DNA of 64,000 bases from Squalus acanthias (lineage: Eukaryota), in assembly GCA_030390025.1 (NCBI GenBank), contig CM059432.1, positions 68,698,001 through 68,762,000 on the forward strand, read 5' to 3'. Under the pieces are notes generated by a model. That model ran no database searches and had not been told where the DNA came from. It was given only the letters and a program-made list of their open reading frames with translations. The translations under genes were made by a program, and so were the position numbers. Shown one piece after another: positions 11,535 to 25,228 of the stretch (its first letter is position 1; each line of letters opens with the position of its first letter).

Positions 11535-13636
11535 CTGCAAAACAACACAGGGTACTTTTAAAATTTAAGAATACAGGAGGGACTGAATAGCCACCCATTT
11601 TGCTATCCAAGTCAGGTTAAAAGTATACCGAAAGTGCAAATGAAAGTTTATGGAATGATCTTAGTTGATAAATGACTATAGAAAGAAACGTTAACAAGTA
11701 TTTTCGCACTGTTGGGTTCCACTCGGAATGAAGGTGTCAGCTTGTCGTACTGTGAGATTGTTCTACTTATCTCTGCATGAGACTTTCTTTTAGGATGAAT
11801 TTGAACCAGACAAGAGTTTAATCAGTACAACAGATTGTTTTCAAGGACTCGTTAAGAGTGCTAGTCGTGCTTTGCGATGTCACAATTGCCCAAATCACGA
11901 CAACTGGAAAAACTGACTAGGATCATTATGCCAGGTGACTTCAAATGGCTCTGCTCCTCCTCTACTCATCAGGCCAGCACTAAGAGTCCTTTTATGTCCA
12001 GAATGACCTAAAAATTGTCTATCAGTCTCTACACATCTCTGATAGGCCCAGTAATTCAGCTAATCTCCCAGATATAGCTCATCTCCAATACTAACTCTTA
12101 CACTATCTGTCCTCTTAGAACTGGGCTCTTCGCTCTTATTTTGGGCTCTTCTCTCCTTTGTCCTATACCTCCTTCTTGCATAATACACTGCAGTAGGATT
12201 GGAGGTGAGGGAAAAATGGCTAGATTAGCTAAATTAACAGGTTGATTAGGAATGTAGATAAAGTGAAAAGTTGCTCAATACTCATCTACCAAATAAACAT
12301 GATAGGATCAATAATAGTATACAATACAGTTTGTATAGTCAGATACTGGCATCACTCAAAATATTTTTGTCCCATTTTAGAGCATTTTTAAGTGCAGGTT
12401 TCAGATTGTATTGAAATAATCTGTGAAACAAAAAGGGTGCAATCATGCAGTTTTAATTTCAGATGTCTCGCAAATGGAACATGAATCTATATAATTTGCA
12501 CTTAATTGATTTATAAACAATTTAAGTAGAAAATAAAACTATGCGACACCAAGCATGCTAGGATTGCAGAGAAGGCACACTTATGTTGGCTGGAGCCCTC
12601 TGTGCTCCTGTGCCATTTTTATCTTCACTTTGTGTTGCACATTGGTATTTCATACAAGCCAAACATAAATTTGTAGTGCAGGTGCACATTCAGCACCCAC
12701 TGGATTGGCAGCTCATGCTGCTGTCCACTGTTAGTGTAACACAGTCTGAAACAAGCACTGCAATTTTTGATTAAGAGTTGTTACCTGGAAAAGTGCACAT
12801 ACCTTGAGTATTTTTATTTACTGAGTACATATTTTACATAAAAAAGTGTCCAACATACTCGCAACATCAAACTTTATATGAACACCAGCAAATCATAACT
12901 GAACAATCTTTAAGTGTAAAGAACAAAAGCCAGTCATTTTGTGCTGATTCTCCCGAACTCGAGAAAAGCCAAGCTGCTGCCAATCTAGAGAAACTTTGAA
13001 CAATAATGGTCTCTAATTGACCCAAGGACCTATTCAGACCACTTCCCCAAAAGTATTACCTGATCTGCCTTAAATAGGAAGCCCAGATTAGCAACGAAAC
13101 AACACACATGTTCCAAATTAAAAGTATGTGTGAGTAATGCCACAGATCAACTTGTGCATTATAGTCTAGATTTTCTAATTGTAATGCTAATGCTAACCTG
13201 CATTGCAATAGAAAAACCTAGTCTTATGTTTTCAGTGCCTTACGTAACTATTAAGTTACTCGTTAAGGTAAACAGATTGCTTCCAAGCATGTATTTTAGA
13301 AAAGCTTTGCCCTTAAACTGAATCAGCCAAAAAAGATCACGTGCTCTTACTTTTTCAGATTCCGAACGAACCTTGTTTACACTACAGCTTCAAATACATA
13401 TCAAATAAAATTAGCCGCTGCCAAGTCATACAAACCCTTTTGCAAAATCCACAACTGGAAAGCCGCAGGAAGCAGCCCCTACTTTACTGTACCGGATCTG
13501 TAGTAGTTTGATTCAACATTGAGAAGTATAAAGAATACTAGAGATCAAAGATCATCAAATAAAACCCTCCATCACAAACGCTTAATTTGTATCTGCAGAT
13601 TCACACTGGAATGGCTAAATGTGCAGTCATGCACAT

Positions 13637-13687
13637 ACACCAATACAAGAAATACACCAATACAAGAAACACACCAATACAAGAAAC
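13637..13687 (+). repeat. Tandem repeat, 17-bp unit ACACCAATACAAGAAAY x3
   Basis: Read directly from the sequence. Confidence 0.85.
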
Positions 13688-13789
13688 AATAGCACTACTC
13701 CAAATTTCACCAACTCACTAGACAGCTGTACAAATGAGATATAATGTGGTTAATTGAATCGGAGTATGAATTAGTCAAATTTATTAGCC

Positions 13790-14548
13790 ACATTTATGGA
13801 GCTAAGCAGGTCTGGTTTAGCCATTCACCGCCAGATCTGGCTGGACCACATAGTGCCAAAATTGCTCACTATTCCAGAATCATTCTGGAATGCAAAGATA
13901 AATCCCGGCTTCTATTCTCCACTGCTAACCGTCTTCTTAATCCCCTCTCCCCTGTCTCCTCCACCCTCATCTCTGACAACAAGTGTAAGGAGCTCATGGA
14001 CTTCTTTGTCTCTAAGATTGAGACCATCCGTTCAGCTGCCTCTGCCACGTCCCTTCATTCCCCTAGCCCACCAGGCTAAACTTCCTCCAAGGTTCCCCCC
14101 TGCCCTAGCCCTGAACTCGCACCTTTCTCCAGTTTCTCTCTGATCTCCCTCATGACCTCTCCGCGCTCATCTTGTCCATGAGACCCACTTCCTGCTCCTT
14201 TGACCCTATTCCCACCAAACTGCTGACCACCCAACTTCCTTTTCTGGCTGACATTGTTAACGGTTCTCTCTCCTCAGATACTGTCCCCCTTGCCCTCAAA
14301 TCAGCCGTCATCAACCCTCTCCACAAAAAAACAACCCTTGACTCCTCTCTCCTTGCAAACTACCGCCCCATCTCCAACCTCCCTTTCCTCTCCAAAGTCC
14401 TTGAACGTGTTGTCGCCTCCCAAATCCGTGCCCATCTTTCCCGCAACTCCATGTTTGAATCCATCCAATCAGTTTTCTGCTCCTGCCACAGTACCGAAAT
14501 GGCTCTCATCAAAATCACAAATGACATCCTTTGTGACTGTGAAAGGGC
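13790..14548 (+). mobile_element. L2 LINE, 5' segment (split by a CR1 insertion)
   Basis: ORF 14172-14555 (DPIPTKLL..NYRPISNLPFLSKVLERVV..HSTEMALIKITNDIL) is typical of L2-clade RT. It resumes at ~17922. Confidence 0.85.
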
Positions 14549-17500
14549 ATTCTGAAGGGGGAGGGCGAACAGTCAGAGGTCGTGGTTCACATTGGTACCA
14601 ACGACATGGGTAGAAAGAGCGATGAGGTCCTGCAACAAGAATTTAGGGAGCTAGGTCGCAGATTAAAAAGCAGGACCTCAAAGGTTGTAATCTCTGGATT
14701 ACTCTCGGTGCCACATGCTAGTGAGTATAGGAATAGGAGGATAGAGCAGATGAATGCGTGGCTAAAGAGTTGGTGCAGGAGGGAGGGCTTTAGTTTCCTG
14801 GATCACTGGGTCTGCTTCTGGGGAAGGTGGGACCTGTACAAGTCGGACGGGTTGCATCTGAACTGGAACGGGACCAACATCCTTGCGGGGAGGTTTGCTA
14901 GTACTGTTGGGGGGGGGGTTTAAACTAACTTGGCAGGGGGATGGGATACGGAGTGGAGCTATAGTAGGGGGTGATGCACAGCCAAATATAGAGGAAAAAA
15001 CAAGTCAGCCTGGAAGGCAGAGCAAATATGTAACGGCACAAGGGAGTATGGCAAGGCTGGATGGCATTTATTTTAATGCAAGGAGTCTTGCGAGTAAGGC
15101 AGATGGATTGAAGGTGTTGATGAACACATGAGAGTATGATATTGTTGCTATCAGAGAGACATGGTTGAGGGAGGGGCAGGACTGGCAGCTCAATATTCCG
15201 GGGTATAGAATCTTCAGGCGAGACAGCGGGGGGGTGTAAAAGAGGGGGTGTCGCAATATTAATCAAGGAGTCAATTACTGCTGTAAGGAGGGATGATATC
15301 TGAGCAGGTTCCTCTAATGAGGCCATATGGGTAGAACTTAAAAACAAAAAGGGGGCAAGCACTTTGCTGGGAGTGTACTATAGGCCCCCAAACAGTCAGG
15401 GGGAGATAGAGGAACAGATATGTAGGCAAATCTCAGAGAAGTGTAGAAATGATAGGGTAATAATAGTAGGGGATTTCAACTTCCCCAATATTAACTGGGA
15501 TAGTCAGAGTGTGAAAGGCTTAGAGGGTGCAGAATTCTTAAAGTGCATCCAGGAGAGCTTTTTGAGCCAGCATGTAGAAAGTCCTACAAGAGAGGGGCGG
15601 TACTGGACCTAATTCTATGGAATGTAGCCGGGCAAGTGGCAGAAGTGTTAGTAGGAGAGCATTTTGGTGACAGTGACCATAATTCGGTGAGATTTAAAGT
15701 AGTCATGGAAAAGGACAAAGATAGACCAGAAATAAAGGTTCTAAATTGGGGGAAGGCCGATTTTAATATGATAAGGCAGGATCTGGCCAAAGTGGACTGG
15801 GATCAGCTACTTGTAGGAAAATCCACATCAGAGCAGTGGGAGTCTTTCAGATAGGAAAGAGAGTACAACGGCAACATGTTCCCGTAAAGGTCAAGGGTGG
15901 GACCAACAAGCCCAGGGAATCCTGGATGTCAAGGGATATACGAGAATGGATTAGGAAAAAAAGGGAGGCTTTTGGCAGATACAAAGGACTAAAAACAGTG
16001 GAAGCCCTAGAGGAGTATAGAAAGTGCAGGGGGGTACTTAAAAAAGAAATTAGGAGAGCGAAGAGGGGGCATGAAATAACACTGGTGGGCAAAATAAAGG
16101 AAAATCCCAAGGTGTTTTATAAGTATATTAAGGGCAAGAGGATAACCAGGGAAAGAGTAGGGCCCATTAGGGACCAAAGTGGCAATCTGTGTGTAGAGCC
16201 AGAAGATGTAGGTGGGGTTTTAAATGAATATTTTGCATCTGTGTTCACTATGGAGAAGGATGATGTAGGCATAGAAATCAGGCAGGGGGATTGTGATATA
16301 CTTGAACAAATTAGTATTGAGAGGGAGGAGGTACTAGCGGTTTTAGCGGGCTTAAAAGTGGATAAATCCCCAGGCCGAGACGAGATGTATCCCAGGCTGC
16401 TGTGTGAGGCAAGGGAGGAGATTGCAGGGGCTCGGACACAAATTTTCAGAACCTCTATGGCCACAAGGGAGGTGCCAGAGGACTGGAGAACAGCTAACGT
16501 AGTACCATTATTCAAGAAAGGTAGTAGGGATAAACCAGGGAATTACAGGCCAGTGAGCCTAACATCAGTCATAGGGAAATTATTGGAAAAAATTCTGAGG
16601 GACAGAATTAGTCTCCACTTGGAGAGGCAAGGATTAATCAAGGATAGTCAGCATGGCTTTGTCAGGGGGAGATCATGTCTGACCAATTTGATTGAATTTT
16701 GAGAGGGGTTGACTAGGTGTGTGGATGAGGGTAGTGCAGTTGATGTGGTCTACATGGACTTCAGTAAGGCTTTTGACAAAGTCCCGCATGGGAGACTGGT
16801 CAAGAAGGTAAGAGCCCATGGGATCCAGGGCAACTTGGCACATTGGATCTAAAATTGGCTTAGTGGCAGGAGGCAGAGGGTGATGGTCGAAGGCTGTTTT
16901 TGTGACTGGAAGCCTGTGTCCAGTGGTGTACCGCAGGGATCTGTGCTGGGTCCTTTGCTGTTTGTAGTGTACATTAATGATTTAGATATGAATGTAGGAG
17001 GTATGATCAGTAAGTTCGCAGAAGACACGAAAATTGGTGGTGTGGTAAATAGCGAGGAGGGAAGCCTCAGGCTACAAGACGATATAGACGGGTTGGTTAG
17101 ATGGGCAGAACAGTGGCAAATGGAATTTAACCCTGAAAAGTGTGAGGTGATGCATTTTGGGAGGACTAACAAGGCAAGGGAATACACAATGAATGGTAGG
17201 ACCCTAGGAAGGACAGAGGATCAGAGGGACCTTGGTGTGCATGTACATAGATCCCTGAAGGCAGCAGGACAGGTAGATAAGGTGGTTAAAAAGGCATATG
17301 GGATACTTGCCTTCATTAGCCCAGGCATAGAATATAAGAGCAGGGAGGTTATGATGGAACTGGACAAAACGTTAGTTAGGCCACAGCTGGAATACTGTGT
17401 GCAGTTCTGGTCGCCACGCTATAGGAAGGATGTGATTGCATTGGAGAGGGGCAGAGGAGATTCACCAGGATGTTACCTGGGCTGCAGCGCTTCAGCTATG

Positions 17501-17921
17501 AAGAAAGACTGGACAGGCTGGGGTTGTTTTCCTTAGAGCAGAGAAGGCTGAGGGGGGACCTGATTGAGGTGTACAAAATTATGAGGGGCATAGATTGGGT
17601 AGATAGAAAGGAACTTCTCCCCTTAGTAGAGGGGTCAATAACCAGGGGGCATAGTTTCAAGGTAAGGGGCAGGAGCTTTAGAGGGGATTTGAGGAAAAAA
17701 AAATTCACCCAGAGAGTGGTTGGAATCTAGAGCTCACTACCTGAACGGGTGGTAGAGGCAGGAACCCTCACAACATTCAAGAAGCATTTAGATGAGCACT
17801 TGAAACGCCATAGCATACAGGGCTACGGACCAAGTGCTGGAAAATGGGATTAGAATAGACAGGGCTTGATGGCCGGTGCGGACACGATGGGCCTCTTTCT
17901 GTGCTGTATAACTCTATGACT
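14549..17921 (+). mobile_element. CR1 LINE ~3.4 kb (ORF1 esterase end, endonuclease, RT, 3' UTR), disrupted
   Basis: 14582-14923 (HIGTND, DGLHLN); endonuclease at 15364-15854 (YRPP, GDFNFP, SDHN); RT at 15836-17730 (PQGSVLGP). Tail actctatgactct. Confidence 0.9.
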
Positions 17922-19165
17922 CTAAACTATCCCTCTTCGTCCTTCTTGACTTGTCTGCAGCCTTTGACCACTCCATCCTTCTCTAGCATCGCTCCACCGT
18001 CGTCCAGCTGGGTGGGACTGTACTCGCCTGGTTCCATTTTTATATATCTAATGATAGCCAGAGAATTACCTACAATGGCTTCTCTTCCCGCTCCCGCATC
18101 GTTACCTCTGGTGTCCCCCAAGGATCTATCCTTGGCCCCCTCCTATTTCTCATCTACAGGTTGCCTCTTGGCGACATCATCCAAAAACACAGCGTCAGTT
18201 TCCATATGACCGCTGATGACACCCAGCTCTACTTCACCACCTCTTCTCTCGACCCCTCCACAGTCCCTAAATTGTCAGACTACTTGTCCGAAAACCAGTT
18301 CTGGATGAGCAGAAATTTTCTCTAATTAAATATTGGGAAGACCGAAGCCATTGTTTTCGGTCCCTGCCACAAACTCCGTTCCCTAGCCACTGACTCCATC
18401 CCTCTCCCTAACATCTGTTTGAGGCTGAACCACACTGTTCGCAACCTTGGTGTCATGTTTTACCCTGAAATGAGCTTCCGACCACATATCCGCGGCAAAA
18501 CTAAGACCGCCTATTTGCACCTCTGTAACATCGCCCGTCTCTGCCTGCCTCTGCCTCTGCCCATCCGCTGCTGAAACCCTCATCCATGCCTTTGTTACCT
18601 CTAGACTTGACTATTCCAACGCACTCCTGGCTGGCCTCCCACATTCTACCCTACGTAAACTTGAGGTCATCCAAAACTTGGCTGCCCGTGTCCTAACTCG
18701 CACCAAGTCCTGTTCACCCATCACCCCTGTGCTCGCTGACCTACATTGGCTCCGGTTAAGCAACGCCTCGATTTCAAAATTCTCGTCCTTGTTTTCAAAT
18801 CCCTCCATGGCCTCGCCCCTTCCCATCTCTGTAATCTCCTTCAGCCCCACAAACAACCCCCCCCCGAGATATCTGCGCTCCTCTAATTCTGCCCTCGTGA
18901 GCATCCCTGATTATAATCGCTCAACCATTGGTGGCTGTGCCTTCTGTTGCCTAGGCCCTAAGCTCTGGAATTCCCTGCCTAAACCTCTCTGCCTCTCTTT
19001 CCTCCTTTAAAACCTACCTCTTTGACCAAGCATTTGGTCACCTGCCCTAATTTATTCTTAAGTGGCTCGGTGTCAAATTTTGTGTCTTATAATACTCCTG
19101 TGAAGCGCCTTGGGACATTTTACTATGTTAAAGGCTCTATATAAATACAAGTTATTGTTGTCGTC
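17922..19165 (+). mobile_element. L2 LINE, 3' segment
   Basis: Contains LLDLSAAFD, GVPQGSILGP, ADDTQLY and SRLDYSN motifs. Tail tatataaatacaagttattgttg. Confidence 0.88.
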
Positions 19166-20117
19166 TGTGATGTTTTCTCTAAGTGTACTGCAATAACTGA
19201 AATGGAAGTCTTGAATTTCATCTGTACACCGGAAGTAAAAGGGAATTCTCATTATTTGGATGTTCTGGGACATCATACAACAATTTCTGAAGGAGTACAA
19301 CCAGCACAAATCAATTGCCTCAAGCTCCACAGATTTGATACAGATTTAAACACTTTGATGTTTTTGGGGTTTTAATGTGAGATATTCTCTTCGGGTTCAG
19401 TGTCACTGGACACTCATGTAATTGGGTCTTGCGTGCTCCATAAATCGGTACTTGCTTTACATGTCCAATATCTAGGTAAATGCAGTGAGACCCAGGGTCA
19501 AACAGAGAAACATTGCCATTCTAATCCGGCTCACTGGAATTGATCACAAGCCGCCACATGAACGCCTTGTCTTGGGTTGGCAGAAGAATATACCCACTCG
19601 ATCAGACAGTAGCTCAGACTATAAACCAACAGACAAATTTCAGGTAAATGAACAGCGTTCTGTAGAAACGATATATTTACAGCAATTACACACCTTATTA
19701 TTCTCCTTGAAAATCAGAACAAGAAAAACACTTCTCGTGCTAATACTCAACATAAAACTGATCCTTTAAACATGGTTGCTCACTTCTTAGACAATGAAAT
19801 GCTACGACAGAGTTTCTGACAGCATCGTATCCAATGGCCTCAGATAGACTGAGGCAGGCATCGGGCCACAAAGCTATCCATCAAAGGATCATTGGCCCTA
19901 TCCTCCCGTAGACATATGCCATGTCTTTACCCTCAGACAAGCTGTTCATTAAACCCACTACCCTAAAAAGGCTGAGGATGTCAATCACATAGATAATTCA
20001 AAGGGATTAGCACAAACATTCTGTGATTACTGGAAATAAACACTTTGGTCCAGCTAGCTATCAGGGAAACTAATCAACAGACTGGAACCAATTAATATGC
20101 ATTGAGAAGACATTAGC

Positions 20118-21635
20118 ATAGTAGATGCATTGCTGGTCATCTTCCAAAATTCTATAGACTCTGGAACAGTTCCCATGGATTGGAGGGTAGCTAATGTAAC
20201 CCCACTATTTAAAAAAGGTGGTAGAGAGAAAACGGGGAATTATAGACCGGTAAGCCTGTCATCGGTAGTGGGGAAAATGCTAGAGTCCATTGTAAAAGAT
20301 GTAATAGCAGAGCACTTGGAAAACAGTGACAGGATCGGACAAAGTCAACATGGATTTACAAAGGTAAATCATGCTTGACTAACCTAATGGAATTTTTTGA
20401 GGATGTAACTGGTAGAATAGATAAGGGAGAACCAGTGGATGTGGTGCATTTGGACTTTCAGAAGGCTTTCGATAAGGTCCCGCATAAGAGATTAGCGTGC
20501 AAAGTTAAAGCACATGGGATTGGGGGTAAGGTACTGACTTGGATAGAGAACTGGTTGGCAGACAGGAAGCAAAGAGTTGGACTAAACGGGTCTTTTTCCG
20601 AGTGGCAGGCAGTGACTAGTGGGGTACCGCAGGGATCGGTGCTCGGACCCCAGTTATTCACAATATATATTAATGATCTAGACGAGGGAACTAAATGTAA
20701 TATCTCCAAGTTTGCAGACGACACAAAGCTGGGTGGGCGTGTGTGCTGTGAGGAGGATGCAGAGAAACTCCAGGATGATTTGGACAGGTTGGGTGATTGG
20801 GCAGATGCATGGCAGATGCAATATAACGTGGATAAATGCGAGGTTATCCACTTTGGTGGCAAAAACAGGAAGGCAGATTATTATCTGAACGGCAATAGAT
20901 TGGGAAAAGGGGAAGTGCAACAAGACCTGGGTGTCCTTGTGCACCAGTCGCTGAAGGTAAGCATGCAGGTGCAGCAGGCGGTTAAGAAGGCAAATGGTAT
21001 GTTGGCCTTCATAGCGAGAGGATTCGAGTACAGGAGCAAGGATGTCTTGCTGCAGTTGTACAGGGCCTTGGTGAGACCACACCTTGAGTATTGTGTGCAG
21101 TTTTGGTCGCCTTATCTGAGGAAGGATGTTCTTGCCATGGAGGGAGTGCAGCGAAGATTCACTAGACTGATACCTGAGATGGCAGGAATGACGTATGAAG
21201 AGAGATTGGGTCGATTGGGCTTGTATTCGCTAGGGTTTAGAAGAATGAGAGGGGATCTCATTGAAACTTATAAAATTCTAACAGGACTAGACAGACTAGA
21301 TAAAGGAAGGATGTTCCCAATGGCAGGGGAGTCCAGAACCAGGGGTCACAGTCTAAGGATAAGGGGTAAGCCATTTAGGACTGAGATGAGGAGGAATTTC
21401 TTCACCCAGAGTGGTGAACCTGTGGAATTCTCTACCACAGAAGGCAGTTGAGGCCAATTCATTAAATATATTCAAGAAGGAGTTAGATATATTTCTTAAG
21501 GCTAAAGGGATCAAGGGATATGGGGAGAAAGCAGGGACAGGGTACTGAATTTGGATGATCAGCCATGATCTCATTAAATGGCGGAACAGGCTCGAGGGGC
21601 CGAATGGCCTACTCCTGCTCCTATCTTCTATGTTA
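20118..21635 (+). mobile_element. 5'-truncated CR1 LINE with a long RT ORF
   Basis: ORF 20375-21451 (358 aa) with [15 protein letters not shown] and FADD, followed by a CR1 3' UTR. Confidence 0.92.
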
Positions 21636-21639
21636 TCTC

Positions 21640-22545
21640 CATCTTTAACTCATTCTACATGGATTTCACTTAAATTTCACCCTTCCTGTTTTGGATCCAC
21701 CTATGATCATCGATATCTCCGCGATATTCAATGTTCTTCTAACCACTGCATGAAATCCACCCTCTCCACCATGTGCCGCCCCATGCTTGTCCTAGACCTT
21801 TCTCTGCAGCACTACCGACCTCACTTTCTGTCCTGGCCCTCAGTTCCACATCATCCTTCGTCTCATCAGGCGCTTTAACTTTTTTTCTTCCTGTTAGGTG
21901 ACAAGGACTGCAAACTTAAACAACTCTTGGATGCCAGCCTCTCTCTTGATTCCTTTTCACTTTCCTCTGACCGCATTTCTCCTTCCAATCTCACCACTTT
22001 CAATATTTTCATAATCCTCTCGCACCCAAAACAATCTGTCCTCAGCAACGGCTTCAGCTTCACCCCCAACGTAACAAATTCGGAGCTTGACACGAAGCTG
22101 AGCTCTTCTTTCGAGGCCTTTGTGCCTAATTTTGTAGCCAGGTGACTTCCCCCCAACCTCTGACCCTATCACCTGTCTAGAGCCTTTCTGTTGCATCTGG
22201 ACCCACCCTTTGCCCTCCTACCCTCACGTGATCTTTTATTGAAAACTGCCAGCGTGACATTGACCAGGTCAGTTACTCCACTCCCCTCACTTACTCTCAT
22301 CTATACCTCTCTGAACTTGCAATGCTCCATTCTCTCAGGTCCAAATTCTTATCGAACCTGCTGACAAAGGGGGCGCTGTTGTTGTAGGCTGAACATCAAC
22401 TCTCCGACAACTCCTCCTACCTCCCCCGAACCACAACCCCACTAGTGAACACCAAGCCATCATTTCCCAGACCGTTACTGACTTCATCTCCTCTGCAGAT
22501 CTTCCCCCCTGCCATCCCCCACCCCCTCATAGTTCCCCAAACCCA
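21640..22545 (+). mobile_element. Decayed Penelope-like element, N-terminal ORF region
   Basis: Pyrimidine-rich coding remnant with SVLSNGFSFTP (~22035-22070) and IEPADKGGAVVV (~22350-22388), motifs typical of the region preceding the PLE RT. Confidence 0.55.
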
Positions 22546-23107
22546 CACAGGCTGCAGTCATGCACCTCCTATGGGACCAGTTGCAAAGTTGCTGAGGCAC
22601 AGGTCAATACTGTATGGCGAGGCGAGGCGAGGGGGCAGTAAGAGAATACTGCTGCCTGCACCCTCTCCTACACAGCTATGAATTTTCATAAAAATAACCT
22701 GTGTACCGCGCCACTCCTACTTTTGCCCATGTCTGTTGAAAGAACTCCAGTGCAACAGAGAAACTTGAGACTGCTCAGTGCAGCTAAGTGTGTGGCAATG
22801 GAGCTGCTGAGTTCCAGGAAAATTAATCTACCGTGCAACTGTGAAAAGGTTGCAAGTAAAAACGGGAAAGTATCTCTTGATAAAAGGAATTGTCTGAGTT
22901 TGGAGAGCCGGCAATATTTTTCGAGTTGAAGGAAAGGTTGCTAGCGCGACCTCCGAAGTGGGCGGCGCACCCGGGGAGTCCTGGGACATGGCGGCCCAGC
23001 CGGGCTTCATTTGAATAAATTTTCTCCAACTCTCGCCCATACCCAGCCAGAAACACTACTTGGCCGTCGAGCAGGAGTTCGGCAGCAGGAGGCTGTCAGT
23101 TGAGGGG

Positions 23108-23398
23108 GGGAGTACTTCTGAAGTGTAGTCACTGTTGTAATGTAGGAAATGCGGCAGCCAATTTGCACACAGCAAGCTCCCACAAACAGCAATGTGATAA
23201 TGACCGGATAATCTGTTTTAGTGATGTTGATTGAGAGATAAATATTGGCTAGGTCACCGGGGATAACTCTCCTGCTCTTCTTCGAAATAGTGCCATAGGA
23301 TTTTTACGTCCACCTGAGAAGACAGATGGGGCCTTGGTTTAACATCTCATCTGAAAGACGGCACCTCTGACAGTGTAGCACTCCCTCAGTTGGACACT
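23108..23398 (-). mobile_element. DeuSINE-type SINE body
   Basis: Reverse complement of the core seen at ~47590-47785 and ~59895-60140. Confidence 0.75.
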
Positions 23399-25145
23399 TG
23401 AAGCAAGGAAGACATTCCTGTTCGTCCTGGTCCACAAGGAAACCTAAAATTAAATGTTTCAGATTTACCTGCTGGACCTCTTCTGTCTCACAATCCGGCT
23501 CCGGACAGATTTGGCCTAACGCCGAACCAGTCACTGCTCGCCTGCTTCAACTAAAATTGCGGATTGAGTCCGGATTACATCATCCGACCCAATCTGCATA
23601 TTTAAAAAGGAGGATCCCATTTCCTTCCTCCAGGTTTCCCGCTCGCCTGTTCAAAAGAGCAGATTAAGCAGATTAAGATCGAGACACGGCGGGATGGCAA
23701 CCAGAAGGGGTAAGTGACTTGTCTCATTTTAACTTCTGCCTGGCGGGCAAAGTAAAAATTGGGGCCTATGTCTCTGGCTAAAACAAAGGGTATATTGTTT
23801 AGGAAACCCAAGGGTTGAGGGTAAAAATATCCTGAAGTGACATGTCCTGTCTATTAGATGGAGCAATAGCATTGCACAGAAACTTCCCACTGACTTTGAA
23901 GGTTCATATTTCATATTGATGTGGTACAAAAAAACATAATTTCCAATTGGCCTCTACTGGAAGCATGAGTTACGCTCAATATGATGTAAGCACATTGAAA
24001 CATTTTACTACATTAAAGACGTTATATAAATGCAAGTTGTTGTTGAACATACCACAACCGCGGCAAGAGGTAGAAATCCAATTTTAAAAGGAAGACAGTC
24101 TGCACTAAAATAGCTATGGGGAGCTCATGTCAGAGTGCATCCTAAAGGTGAGGAGGATGGAGGAATGGATGGGCTGGATCAAGATCGTGGACTATTAGAT
24201 CTGGTGCTCTGTTTAACATTATACATTCTCCTACTTATCCTGGATTCATTCAGATGCCGCTGATTTCCTTTGGTCAAGCAAGAGCTACTAAAAAGAACTC
24301 ACTTAGTGATGAGTCAGAGTGCAATGATGCACAAAGTGGAGCAGTAGAATGTAGTTGTAAACAAACCAATGAAGGGCACTCTACGGATAAAGTGGAATCG
24401 TTGGATGACCAATGAGGTACACATCTTTACCACTGGATGTCATAAGGAATCTCCAACTTTGGAAGCAATTCTGGATAATGGATGCATGGAACATATTGAA
24501 TCCATGGATAATTAGGAACGATCAAGAAATATTGCATATAACAAAACAAACTATTTTGAAATAAATGCTCATTAAAATAGGCTTTACTCAGTTTTCCAAA
24601 AATCATTGGTGTGTATGGCAACTGTTTTACTATCCATTCAATTAGGTTATGTTCTGCATAAATTGTTGGGTGCAACCAGATGCCAATTTTGACTCCAAAA
24701 TTAATTACATAGGCACTACAGAGCTAATATGTTTGGGTTCTTGGCAACTCGCTTCTTCACAGCAATGATTAAAATATTGGCCATTTCTATAGTTCAGCTA
24801 CATAAAAATTAATCGTCTGCTAAACAACTAAAACTCATTGCAGTTTCGGGACAGTTTCCGAGAACAATATGTCATGGAACCAACCAGGGAACAGGCTATT
24901 TTAGATCTTGTATTGTGTAATGAGACAGGGTTAATTAGCAATCTCATAGTAAAGGATCCTCTGGGGCAGAGTGATCATAATATGATAGAATTTCACATTA
25001 ATTTTGTTAGTGACTTGCCTAAGTCCGAAACTAGAGTCTTGGACTTAAATAAAGCCATGATGCGGAGATGCCGGTGTTGGACTGGGGTGGACAAAAATGA
25101 GAAGTCGCACAACACCAGGTTATAGTCCAACAGTTTTATTTAAAA

Positions 25146-25183
25146 TTACGAGCTTTCGGAGCTGCTGCCCCTTCGTCAGGTAA
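25146..25183 (-). ncRNA. Minimal type I hammerhead ribozyme motif, sense to TCEA1 pre-mRNA
   Basis: Minus strand reads TTAC-CTGACGA-A-GGGGC-agca-GCTCC-GAAA-GC-TC-GTAA. Confidence 0.7.
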
Positions 25184-25192
25184 AGGTAAAGG

Positions 25193-25228
25193 TACCTGAC
25201 GAAGGGGCAGCAGCTCCGAAAGCTCGTA
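25193..25228 (+). ncRNA. Minimal type I hammerhead ribozyme motif (inverted copy)
   Basis: TAC-CTGACGA-A-GGGGC-agca-GCTCC-GAAA-GC-TC-GTA. Confidence 0.65.

Noticed and set aside
20375..21451. 358-aa RT ORF as a host or domesticated gene
   Set aside because: It is a 5'-truncated CR1 with frameshifts on both sides and a normal CR1 3' UTR; many paralogous copies occur in the window.
22830..23765. GC-rich segments flanking the SINE as a gene or promoter
   Set aside because: No coherent ORF or splice pattern. The right end (AAAATTGGGGCC) resembles MITE termini, but I could not define a left TIR or TSD, so it is not annotated.
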